A DNA stretch of 64,000 bases from Microbotryum violaceum (Eukaryota), in NCBI GenBank assembly GCA_001244265.2, contig CDLV01000010.1:1550001-1614000 (forward strand). The letters are read 5' to 3'. The translations under genes and the position numbers were made by a program. The notes under the pieces are model-generated. The model saw only the letters and a list, made by a program, of their open reading frames with translations. It had not been told where the DNA came from and made no database searches. Positions 38,370 through 50,210 of this stretch are shown here, piece after piece; position 1 is the stretch's first letter; the number at the start of each line of letters is the position of its first letter.

Positions 38370-38682
38370 CGACTTCTCGGCGCCTGGGGCGTGTTCTCTT
38401 CCTCCCCTTTGTCCTAGTATATTCCTGCTTCTCCGTCTTTCTGTTTTGTGCTCCCCGTTTATCGCGTATCTTCGCTCCCGATCCTGGGATGTGAAGCGGC
38501 AGCAGACTCACCGCCCGTTGCAGCGGAGTCCGCGTTGGGTGCTCGGCGGTGCGCGCAGGGGCTTGAGTTTCACCCATTTGCTTGTCGTCACTGCTTAGAA
38601 CGTCTTTTAGCTTTTTCTGTACCGGTGCCAGCCCGAAAGATTGCAATTTATGGCCCCAGTAAAAAAAGCAAAAACAAAAAAA
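38370..38682 (+). mobile_element. 5'-truncated, diverged LINE-A-family copy (3' UTR only) with interrupted A tail
   Basis: 38466-38660 aligns to 30582-30799, ending GATTGCAATTTATG(A)GCCCCAGT. Tail AAAAAAAGCAAAAACAAAAAAA. Confidence 0.85.
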
Positions 38683-39559
38683 GCTGGCGAAAGAGAGGGT
38701 AACTATACAAGGGCCTAAGCAATTTGATCAATTCCAATTGAAAATTGACAGTTTGAACTTTGTACTCGGTACAGTAAAGATCTGAGAGGTTTTGAAAGTG
38801 TAAGACGTAATCTGAGATACACTTCCATGGACGTAACGAGTGCAAGGCTGTGAGTACAGCTCAATAACCTTACCCATGGCGTCAAAACCATTACCAATGG
38901 CAGTTCCAGGTTGTTCATGCTCGAGGTGGTACTATCGGGGCAATCCGCTTCGCATGATCCTGCAGGGTCCTCAAATCTCAAGGGGTGGACTTTGTCTTTC
39001 TGGACACCAGCAGAGTAGAGTAAGAGGCTGCATGTGAACTCCATAGTAGCTGTTCTCGCTCGACAACCGACGACCGTCTCGCCGTCTCGGAGTTGAGCAG
39101 TCGAGAGAGTTGGCGATTTGCGAAATTGCTCATTAGAAAAACGGGAGAGGCTATTTTACTGCCCGCGCTAATCGCGTCGAGCGGCGACGGTGGCTCGGCG
39201 ACTTGCCTCTCTCTTACACCAATCAACTCGGGTGCCGTTTCATTGACGCCGCACACCGCCTTTCGTCATCAACAAGCCGTCGCAACACACCGTGCAGGCA
39301 TGGGAGGCGGACCTATGGGTCCCGACTGGTCGATTGGGGAGGATGATTTGGTCGATGATCGCAGTGTGCGTGCACCGTGCTCGCCTTCCCGCACTCGGTC
39401 GCACCGAGGTCACAACGTCGTTCGCTCTGGCGCGCCACATCGAGTCATTGGCGGCGAGACGGGAATTGCCTCACTGACACCGCGACGCACCGTGTTGCCT
39501 ACTTTGTACTTTCACAGTCCGGTGATGCTATTGAAGTGACGACGACCAAGAGGAGTGGC

Positions 39560-42500
39560 ATGGCGCACTCGTCCCACCCACTTGCCTCTGGCCAGGATGA
39601 CGGCATGACGAGTGTGGCAGCCGAGTACGGCGCCGCGTCGGTCGCATCGCCACATAACGACGTCGACGACCAAGTCGATGCGATGGCCACACTCTTGTAA
39701 GGTTCACACGCCGCATCTGAACGAATATCAGCGCCTGAAAGAGCTTTTCCATTTCCCACTGCATATAGGTGGTCCAAATCAAAAGTTTATCTCGTGAGTG
39801 TCCTCCACAATGCTTGCTTCAAAGCCTCCAAGTCCGGTCGCTGACCCTGCTCTTGCTCGGCTCCCGCATCGGATATTGTAACTATAGCATCCCTCGACCT
39901 ATCATCGGGATAATATCCCCGGCTTCATCTCGATTGTGCGACATGGCACCGACTATCTTCTCGCGTGGATTCCTGAAGCTAGCGTCGTCGGCACCAGCGA
40001 TTTCGAAGCTTACGTCTTGGTCGAGCTCAATGCGCCGCCTTCCGCGACTGAAGGTGAATCCGTCCAGGGACCTCTAGCAGAAGTCTACGTGCTCTTCATC
40101 GTCACGTACTGATACAGAAGCCGACCTCGTCCCTCAGCCACGATCTTGGTGACAGCACCTGCACCGTCATCCGCGCATGCCTTTTCTATCCCCATTCGCC
40201 GAATGTACTCACTGCTCGTTCAAGCCCCAACCTTGATGTCGTGGTACGGCTCCGTCACCTGCTCCCTTTTCGGCGGGGAGACCCTGCCACCCCTCTGGTT
40301 CCACGACGAAGAGTCGAGATCCACCGTCGTCGATCGGGACCAACGCGTCGCAGCGCTTGGCGCTCTCGGATCGGCGGCGACTCCGCATCGCGCCCAACCC
40401 GACGTGCCGATCCCGCCTTCGTGGGGAGGCGAGGCCCTGCTCTCCCAGCTTCGCAAGTATGCGCACGTTCTTCGATCCCAAGTCGAGCCTTCACTCTTCC
40501 TGATCAACCCGGCCCGCGAGGATATCGAAGTGCATTCGACCCCGCTCTTTGAAGATGATGCGGTCCCCTCCGAAGCGATGCAAGGTTTGCGCCTGCACAA
40601 CAATGCTTCGTCAAGCTCGAACACTGGTTTTGCCAGACGGATGCGGGAGAACAAACGCAACAGTATTCTGCATCAGAGTCTGGATCCGAATGCAGCTGCT
40701 GCCACGCCCAGTTCGGGCAACGAATGGCCCGATGAAGTGCCGGCGGTCGACAACTTGACGTTCTCGGTACTCAACTCGTTCTCCAGGATCACAAGAGGGT
40801 GAGTGGCCATCCGCCTGTCCTTCGGACAAGGATCAATGTTGACACACTTCTTCACTGGATCACAGTGCTCGCTCGGGTATCCAAGTCGCTGCGCAATCCG
40901 TTCTATCGCATCCGTTGGCCAAGCCGCTGGCCAAACACATCCCCGAGCCCATTGCCCACTTTGCCAACGCGCCCGGAGAACTCACGCGGCTGCAGGAATC
41001 TGCCGGTGTGGGTGCTTACGACGCCGCGCGCGTCTACCTCGCCAAATGGGCACGTGTTGTAGCGGAAGAAGGTGAACGGGCACGACGTGCCGAGGTGATC
41101 GTTAATGGCTCTACCGACGAAGCGAGCGAGGTTGGCGCGTTCGAGATCCTCTCCTCCGTCTACAAGGTCACGCGCCCAAGGTCGAGTCGTGCATCCGCGA
41201 CACCCATACTGGTCACCGAGTGGGCGTCGTGGTTTGACGATCAGGGGAAATTGATGCTTGATGAGTATGAGGCGAAGACGCGGATCTTTCAGAGGGGACT
41301 GGCGGAGGATGCACGTAAGGACGTGTGGCCCTTCTTGCTCAAGGTCTTTTCTTGGACATCGACGACGGAAGAACGAAAGCGGAGCAAGCAGGAGAAGACG
41401 TGAGTAGTCATGATTTTGGCCTAGCTATATCTGGTATAGAGACTAAGCAAACTCTTTGTTTCACATCCGTCACAGGGAGCAATACGATCGGCAGCGTTCG
41501 AACTGGGCTGACGATACCGAGCTCAAGAAGTCGGAACGGTGGGCCGAGGAAAATCATCGAGTTGGTGGGTGCTCGATTATTCCATGAAAAGACATCCAAT
41601 TCAACACCTCTCTGGGTCCTGACACATCTATCATTTGCAGAAATTGACTGTCGCCGCACCGATCGCACCCACCCGCTCTTCATGAGCGACGAGATGGATC
41701 CGTCCGCGGTCGACCCTGAATCACCACATCCTCCCTCGAACGAGCACGTCCGTCGCATGCAGGAAATCTTGTTGACCTACGTTTTTGCCGATTTGTCTCG
41801 TGACTACGTTCAAGGCATGTCGGACCTCCTTTCGCCGTTGTATGTCGTATGCGAAGGCGACCCAGTGCTGGCACTGGGCTGCTTCGAGACGGTCATGGAG
41901 AGAATGCGACGCAACTTTATGCACGATCAGGTCGGCATGAAGAGCCAGCTGAGCCAGCTACAATCTTTGTTGCGCATTATGGATCCGCAGCTCTACACGC
42001 ATTTAGGTCAGTACATGCCATCGAGTATGCGATTCCTCATCTGTCGCGTGTTTACTAACTGTGCTCCCCTCTGCTGCGCAGATCAAACGGGCTCGTTGAA
42101 CCTCTTCTTCTGCTTCCGGTGGATCCTGTGCGGCTTCAAGCGCGAGCTCTCATTTTCTCAGACGCTCCAGCTCTGGGAAGTTTTGTGGACGGATCATCTT
42201 GGCTCCAACTTCCACCTCTTCATCGCTTTGAGCGTCATTGAAGCGCACCGTGATGTTGTCATTCGGTACCTGCGCGAATTCGATGAGGTGAGTGGTATTC
42301 CAGGGGGTGCTTCTTTTTGCGTGAGTGGTCCTTACACCTCTCTTGTTTCCCATTTGCAGATCCTCAAGTTTATGAACGAGCTGAGCGGCACACTCGACAT
42401 CGAAGCGATCATCAACGACGCCGAAGTACTGCACGCCACATTCCGCCAGGTCGTCGACGCTTGCGACCGGCAAAAAATCGAGGTCACGCAAGCCGCTGCG

Positions 42501-42662
42501 GAACAACACCCCTCTGCCAAGGATCTTCGTAAACGCGGGACCGCATCGTCTTCGACTGGAACTAGTTATCCTCCCGTTGTTGAAGTCGAAAGTGAGAGGT
42601 TCAAAGTTGAGGTTCCCGCGCTCCCCGAAATTGATGATAGTTTACGATCCTTGTTTGACTAG
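39560..42662 (+). CDS. GYP7: TBC-domain Rab GTPase-activating protein (Gyp7 / TBC1D15-17 type), multi-exon
   Basis: N-terminal KSKVYLHPSTYHRDNIPGFI..LLAWIPE and LPPLWFHDEESRST. TBC catalytic fingers IEIDCRRTDR and YVQGMSDLLSP. LFFCFRWILCGFKRE..LWEVLWT. Confidence 0.92.
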
Positions 42663-42926
42663 TGGCTTGTTTACTTTGTTCTATCCCAACGATTTATGTT
42701 GTGCATCCGTGTACTTGCTGTGGAATGTGTTATGCATATGGTACTATCTCTTCGCGAGTGTCGTGCCTCGTGTGTGTATCATGTTGCAAAGGGCTAGAAG
42801 TAAGAGAAAGCCCTCGAAGATATGTAAACAAATGCGAAGGAAGCGAGACAACATTGACGAAAAGCGACAACAACGACAACACGAAAATACACAAAAACAC
42901 ACCCTCGTCGTATCGACACCGAACGG

Positions 42927-44750
42927 TCAAGTCCCGAACTTTTCCGCCTTCTCGAGCATCTTGCAAGCGACAACCAGGACGCCCTTAACCCTCGGACCCA
43001 ACAACCCACGTCTCTGTAATTCCCCCGCTCCAGCCGCCGCACTCCCTCCCGAAGCCTCTCCATTCTTCCCCCTCCGCTCCCTTTCCTCATCATTGGTCTC
43101 TCTATTCCCACCTTTGGTCTCTCGCTCCTTCCCCGGCGGTCCAAGTTCATAAGGAATGTTCGGCACCTCATCCCTCATCGTTCGATCAAGCACCATCGGG
43201 ATCTCCAACGTGACCCTCGTCAATGCTAGGGTGAGACGAAAGCGTCCGACGAGATCAAAGTAACCCAAGGAGCGGAGGGAGTGTTGAATCTCGTAGAGAC
43301 GTATGAGCTCAAATTTAACAATACGCATGTATTTTTGGCCACCTTGTAAAAGGGAGAGTAGGTTGAAAGGGAGGAAAAGAAGGGGTCAGGACATGTGGGA
43401 AGAGAAGTTGGTTGGGACTTTCAATCACTCACTAAGGAGCACCTCGCGAACTTTTCGAAAAGCGCCTTCAAGATTGTCGACGGCTTCGTCACCAAGATTG
43501 AGGCCAGGATTCCCATCGTTGAGTGCATCTGTTAATGTGCAGGTAAATTTAGTCAACGGTCATAGGGGAGGCCGAGCTGTCGATCTTATGCCTCGTGCGA
43601 CTCACTGACGAAAACTCGGATCATTTCGAAATCGCCGGCCAAAAACTGTGGGTGTTTAATGACAACAGGTTCAAGTGTAAGAAACGCCTCACAATCAAGT
43701 TGCTCTTCACAGGCCTCACCTCTGTGAAGACGTTTCTCAACACTCCGTTCAACGTTTCATCACCACCCATCCCCGAGTCGGCGTCCCCTCTCGGAGCTCC
43801 TGAGCGTTCAAAGAGGATGAAAGCATCAATCCTTTTGTTCGTGCGCGAAAAAGCCAGATTCCGTCACCGTCGGACTGACCGTGATCGAGTGCTTTGCCTC
43901 CGCCCAGATCGTACATCCTTCGACTGGCCGGTTTGCTCAGCGTTTCGTAAGCGTAGGATAGTCGTTGGAACGCCGGGGTGGCAGGTTCATAGTCGGGAAG
44001 TTTACTGACGAATTGAATTGGGTTGTCAGTTTTGAGAATCAGGCAGTTTGGCATCTCACGAGTCCGACAGAGCGTCTCGATCCCATCCGAGAGCTCTCCC
44101 CCTTTGAAGGTCAACTCACTCGGGATGACATAGTCGACTTTTGGAAAGAAAGGCCCTCCTAATCTCCTCCGTCTTGCTCTTCCTCGCAACGCCAAGGATG
44201 CGATACAAATTGTCCTCGAGGTTGATGCAATCGACCAAGTTTTGCCCTTCACGCTTATCGGCCTGATCGGCGGAAGCTGGACCGCCGTTCGAGGTTGAAG
44301 AAGCCGTGCCTGAGCCCGAGCTGGTACTTGCTGAGGTACCCGTACCATTAGAAAGATGAGCCGAGGGGAGTTGGGAAACCGGTCGAGTTCGCCGTGTTCC
44401 GTCCTTGTTCGTGTGAGGTCGCTTGGAAGGTGCGAGAGCGTCGACCTGCTGTCGATGACCGCCACGGCTTCGGCCGTTCGTCGCGCCGTTCGGAATCGTG
44501 CCGGACGAGTTTGACAATGATATGGACGACGACGACGACGAAGGGGGTGGTTTCCGGTCGGGCAAGGATGATGTCGAAGCATCTGATCGGAAGACGTAGG
44601 ATGTTGCTGGGCAGGATCGGAGGCAGGAGTCAGGTCAGTGCCGGAGCTCTCGAGGGCCAGAGCGAGCGCGAGTAGGAGGGGATGAATGGTCAACCCTTGC
44701 TTACCTGTACTGAAGGCAAAGGCACCGGCCGAGGAGGCATAGCCCAACAT
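42927..44750 (-). CDS. DnaJ (J-domain) protein, multi-exon
   Basis: NLYRILGV..EEIRRAFLSKSRLCHPD (HPD restored across a GA|T intron junction) KLPDYEPATPAFQRLSYAYETLSKPASRRMYD. Confidence 0.88.
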
Positions 44751-45481
44751 GGTTGATCAACGAGGTCACCTCCTTCCCAACGCTTCTACGACGCGTGTGC
44801 TACGTCGTGAAAGCGCAAGCGACCGTGCTCGGGACCTCGAGCGCGAGTTGAGCGAAGCTGGCCAGCGGGAGCAAGCGACGAAGCGAGGATACGCCTCTTG
44901 CAGGCGGTGGCCAATCTAAAGGAGCCGTTCGCACACCTCTGACGCCCTACGGTGTCTGTCGACGAGTTGAGGAAAGCCCGAAGGTGTTGGTGGAAGATGT
45001 GTATGGAGTAAAGGGGCACGAGGCAGACCGCAGGCCAAGTATCGACGATGCCTCGAGACCAGACCGCGCTCACACTTCCACGTGAAATCGGACGCGGCTG
45101 CATGTCGCTGCTGGGGCAAGCGCGCCGCGATTGGGCGGCACTGTCGGCTGTCCACTCGGAAAGCTCTAGTCCAACTACTGAGCTCGAACAACACACAGAA
45201 ATGTCTGCATGATGGTGCTCAGCGATCAAAGGTTTCTCCCTTCCCCAAAATGGAACGAAAGAAACTTTCAAAAAAATTCCGACCTAACTGAATGCGTCCT
45301 GCAGTGGCGCTCGGCAACTCGCCCGGGCTCCATCAGTCACGTGATCGAGACTTGTCCAACACGCTCACTTTTAGCCCCAATTTTTCGCCGTACCTCGCAT
45401 CTGACCTCCAAGGTTGTTGAAAACAGACTGGTTACATGACTCTTAAGAATACTACCCTAGCTGACGGTACAATATAGTCGA

Positions 45482-47488
45482 TCAAGCCGCAGTGGCCAAG
45501 GCGTTCTCCGAGGCCATCTTCTTCTCCCACTCGACCGCACCGTTGTAGCCGACGTTGTAGGCGTGGAATTCGGCGGGGTTACTTGGAAAACGACGAATCG
45601 AATGATTACAAGATTAATTTCGGGGTGCATTATGACTTTGAAGATGATCACCCCATTAAAGTACTTACAGCGTGACCTCGAGCGTCTCGGAGTTGGCCGC
45701 GGGCTTGCCCTGCTGCCGGCTGTACTTCTGTAAGAGCGTAGCGCGCTCGTGGCGCTCGTGGCGGACGTCGTAGACGCGCTGTAACGGAAATCAACTTGGA
45801 CACATTAGTGGGATGATTGAATTTGTAGCAAATTTGGTGCGAGGCACCTTGAGTACGGCCTCAACCTCGGACTTGGACGGTTGGCTCGATATGCCCTTGA
45901 AGAAAGCGCCGAGTGCCTCCTAGACGGCCGGTACAGCAGGTGCACATCAGCGACCCGTCGGAAGAGAGGCGGTATAAATGTGGTACTTACCGCATCCTCG
46001 ATACTATGACTGGCGCCTTGGCCTTGGGTAGGTAACATGGCGTGAGCGGCGTCACCGATTAGGATTACGCGGCCTTTGTTCCATCTCGAGAGCGGGTCCT
46101 GCAGGCGAGTCGGGGGAGGCTTAAGACCTGTCCGAATCTTGAACAGTCGGGAACACGAACTCACGAGGTCGCGAAGTTGCCACAAGCCAAGACTCGGCGA
46201 TCGAATGTGGGTAGCGGATCAGATCGTCAGTCGTATACCGGCATTGACTTAGAAGAGGTGCGACTCACGAGAAGAGGGTCTTGGTCCACTCGGGGAAAGC
46301 GGCGAAGGACTCGAGCAAGTGCTCAAGCGAACCGCAGGAGGTCCAAGAGTCCGTGGACTGTTCATGGAGCTGATCTTGAAGATGTAAAGTATCGCTTCAG
46401 CCTCCCAGCTAAACTGAGAACCTCAGAGCCAGGTGATCGCGCTCACCGTCGGGCACGAGTGCGACGATGGATAACAACTCTCCGTTGCGACAGGGGCCCA
46501 TGATGGCGCGGCAGGCTTGCCCAACGAGCATGCTTGTCCACGGCTCCTGAGTGCATTGAGCGTATGCGTGGGGGAGATCCTTAATGTTATCACGAGGAAT
46601 CTTTGGAGTGATGAGGGGTGCAACTTCAGTCCAGGCGCGGCTGTAGGAAGCCCTTGGTTCGCAACTCACACTGAGACGGTAGGCACTAAGACCGGTGGGT
46701 ATCGGGTCGACGTGCTCGCCAAGCACACTATCGCGGATCTTGGAGTGGCTGAAGTGTGTCAAATCAGACTCGTTGATTTAGCTCATGCCAAGAAATACAC
46801 TTGACTGAGCATTCCCAGCACTGACATGCCCTCCGCGCCAATGATGAGATCGAAAGGACCGAGCTCTTCTCCGCTCTCGAGGGAGATCGTGCCCTGTTCG
46901 CAGTCGCAGCTCGCAACACGCGAGCCGAGACGGAGCGTTGCAGCAGGACCCTTCTCGGAATCCTCCCTGGTGGCAACGTCCTTGAGCATGCCGTGCAAGT
47001 CGACACGGTGAAACAGGATGCGATCGTAGCCGTTTTTCGTCTCGCGCTTGGAAGGCACTGCAGATTTTGGCGATTTCCGAGGTTAGTTTTTTCGAAGGCC
47101 CAACGAGCTGAATTTGTATGCAAAGGACTCACCTTGAAGTTGACGAACTCCGTCGGTGCGGAAAATTTGGAAACCATTGTCGATAATCCCACCGGCCTTC
47201 TTCAAGTCCTCGCCGAGGCCCAATCGCTCAAAGATGCCGCTTGCATTCGACTGCAGAGAGATGGCCGCGCCGACCTCCTTGAGCATGCGTGATTGCTCCA
47301 ATACAACGATCTCACGTCCTTCACTACGCAAGAAGATGGCCTGGTCGTTTGCAAGGGGCATGTTTCGAATGAGCTAATCGCTGATGAAAGATCGGACTCG
47401 TTGGAGAAAGCAGTGAACGTACCGCTGTGAGACCACCGATACCGCCTACGACAATGCAGATGCGGAAGTTGGACGTTGCTGGAGACAT
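45482..47488 (-). CDS. FAD-dependent monooxygenase (salicylate hydroxylase / UbiH-like), probably degenerating
   Basis: ICIVVGGIGGLTA, VLEQS..EVGAAISL, HRVDLH, LIIGAEGIHSKIR, GRVILIGDAAHAMLPTQGQGASHSIEDA. Several normally conserved residues are altered (see findings). Confidence 0.85.
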
Positions 47489-48130
47489 GCTGACTTGTAT
47501 ACTCGGTTGTGGTTGAGGGTGGTCGGTATGGGGCAGGATGAGACTGAGACCGAGACTGGCTCCACTCTACGTGTCCGACGACACCCGCTTTTCGCGCACT
47601 TTGCGGCGATGGCTGCTCCACCGGGGACCCGACCCGGACCCGAAGTCGGAGCAGATCGTTCAGGCAGGACCACGTGATCTGTGGCGACACGGAGTAGGGC
47701 TCGGAGTCCGCCCGGAAGGCGCCGCCGACGCTGGTTGGCTCGGCCTGCGTGCGGATCTAGACCCACACCGGAACGGAACAGACCAACCTCACGGAATCCA
47801 TCCGCCGCGCGCGCGGGGCCCGCAAAGAGACAGACTCGAACCGAGCCCGCAGCTTTGCCAATGGAAGTGTGTTGATTGTCAGACTGCGGTGCGGGCCAGT
47901 TTGAAGCCTAAGTTCGCACTAACCTCGGCCACGGAACGGTCGACTCTCAAAGGGCCTTTCCCAACCGATCCGAAGCCACCGGATGTGCTGGGGGTGCCTC
48001 CAAAAGACCGAATCTTGCACTGTTGTCTTACTCCCACATCAGTCTTCACCAAGCGTCTGTGGCACAGAAGTTCTTATCTTAGGCACCAACGAGCACTCGC
48101 GACTCCATCTCAACTCTACACATCAACGAC

Positions 48131-49496
48131 ATGGCCTCCACCCGCCCCGCAGTGCAGGTCGTCCGTGGCGTTGACGCCTCCGACGCGCTCGACTTCAGCG
48201 GCAAGACCATCTACGGTGACTTCCGCGACGACCTTGTTTCGCAAGGCTACGCCATCATCCCCGCTATTGACCAAGAGCGTGCTGCCGAGTACGCTAGCAT
48301 GTTCCACAGCTACATCGAGGACTTGTGAGTTTAGTTCTTAAAATGTCCAGTGCTTCCGCCCGCGCCCAGCGACTGATTGTACCGGAGCGCTCTGTCCCAC
48401 CCTTTTCAGCGGCTTCGGCTACAAGCGCGACGACCCCTCGACCGTCCGCACCGAGTGCCTCCCCGTCATCTCCGAAAAGGGCATGATCATGCACTACGGG
48501 GTCAACCATGAAGACTGGGTCTGGAAGGTCCGCAGTGAGGCCGGCGTTGTCGGTGCTTTCGAAAAGTGAGTGCAGCTTTTTCAACAGCAGAGGGGACATG
48601 CCTGGACGCTCCAGGCGAGCAAGCAATAACTTACCGGACCGTGCATATTTCTTTCTACCTTCATAGGGTACAACACCCAGGATCTCATCGTCTCCTTCGA
48701 CGTCATCAACATTCAATTCCCTCACCGCAAGGATGCCCCGGCAAACAAGCCCTGGGCTCACCAAGACCAAGACCCCGAGCAACCCGGCTTCCGATGCCTC
48801 CAAGGCCTCGTCAACCTCAACCCCTGCGGCGACGATGATGGCGGATTGGTCGTCATGCCCGGTGCACACTTGATCTCCGAGGAATACCACACAACCTTCC
48901 GTGACGAGGAGGGCCTCTGGAAATGGACCAACGAGTGGTACGGATACAAGGTTAGTGAACGCTTGGTATGGTCAAGGGCATAGCATCTCTTCGGAGACTG
49001 ACTCCGTCCCGGGCCGCCTTCTGCAACTTTTTAGGAGACCGGCTTGGCATGGCTCAAGGAGCGCGGCTACGAGTTCAAGAAGCTCAACTTGAACCCTGGA
49101 GATCTTGTAATCTGGGACTCGCGCGTGCCCCACTACAACGTGTCCCCCAAGGGTGACCACGTCCGCATGGCTATCTACACTTGTTACGCCCCGGTCTCGA
49201 CCGCGACTCGCGAGGATCTCTTGCGCAAGAAGGAGGCATTTGAAGGTCAGTTAGCCCCTTTGACGCGTGCGATGCACGTCAAACAATACCAACTCCCTCA
49301 TTGAGTCAAAACTACTCCTTTAGCTCGAGTTGGATCATCCCACTGGCCTCAGTGCTTGCAAAGCTTCAACCGACCGGCGGTTCGCAACGACGGCACCCCT
49401 TGCCCTGCGAACCGAACTGCGCCTTTCCACGAACCCGTCCTCAACGAGCGCAACTACAAGCTTACAGGTATCCCTTACATTGCTACTGCTGCATGA
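48131..49496 (+). pseudogene. PhyH-family Fe(II)/2-oxoglutarate dioxygenase with a frameshift at ~48668
   Basis: YGDFRDDL..GYAII, WAHQDQD (HxD), GGLVVMPGAH, PGDLVIWDSRVPHYN (distal His). The exon 2 phase-2 donor does not join exon 3 in frame. Confidence 0.8.
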
Positions 49497-50210
49497 GAAT
49501 CATCAGCGACAGGATCTCCGCGTCTGAGGCTTGTCTGTCTCGACTGCTTGGGTATTTGTTAGCTCAGTGGCTCATATACGTTTGCAATTTGTTCTTTTGT
49601 GTCCCCTTCGGTTCCACATCGGCTTCCACACATAGTCTTTTAAGACCGACTCTCCGCTCTTGAGTATTCAAGAGAACACAAACTTCAAGCAGGTTTGCCA
49701 AAGCTTAGAAATATTGGTGGTGGTTTGTACTATGCAGCTCGCGCTCCGCTGGTATGAGAAGAGCCCGAGTCCACAGTGGGGGAAACGCGCAAAGATCCTG
49801 CAGCGCCGGTGACCGTCACTCCAATCCGACTTGGACCAAAGCCGGCTGTGCTGAAGGTCCCACCGGCGGCAAAAATGTCATAGACAGTGCAATGGGATTG
49901 AGTAGTGAACATCTCCTTGCGCACACAGACAGGTTGAGGGGCCAAATTTTCCCGACACATTGGTCCGCATACGCCGGCTAGGCCTGACGCCTTTTACGCC
50001 TGTTACGCCTGATCCAGTGTTCCAGACTCGAGACAGACCACGACCCCTCACCTCACCTTCAACCTCACGCTAACGAGTTGCTCAAACGTTTGCATGGCGC
50101 AGATCGTTTGTCACGTTTTGCTCTATTGCAATCCCAAGGACCCGAGTCACCACCACTAGCACAGCTACTGCGTCGTCAACCGTGCCGACTGATCAACCAC
50201 ATTTCTAAGC

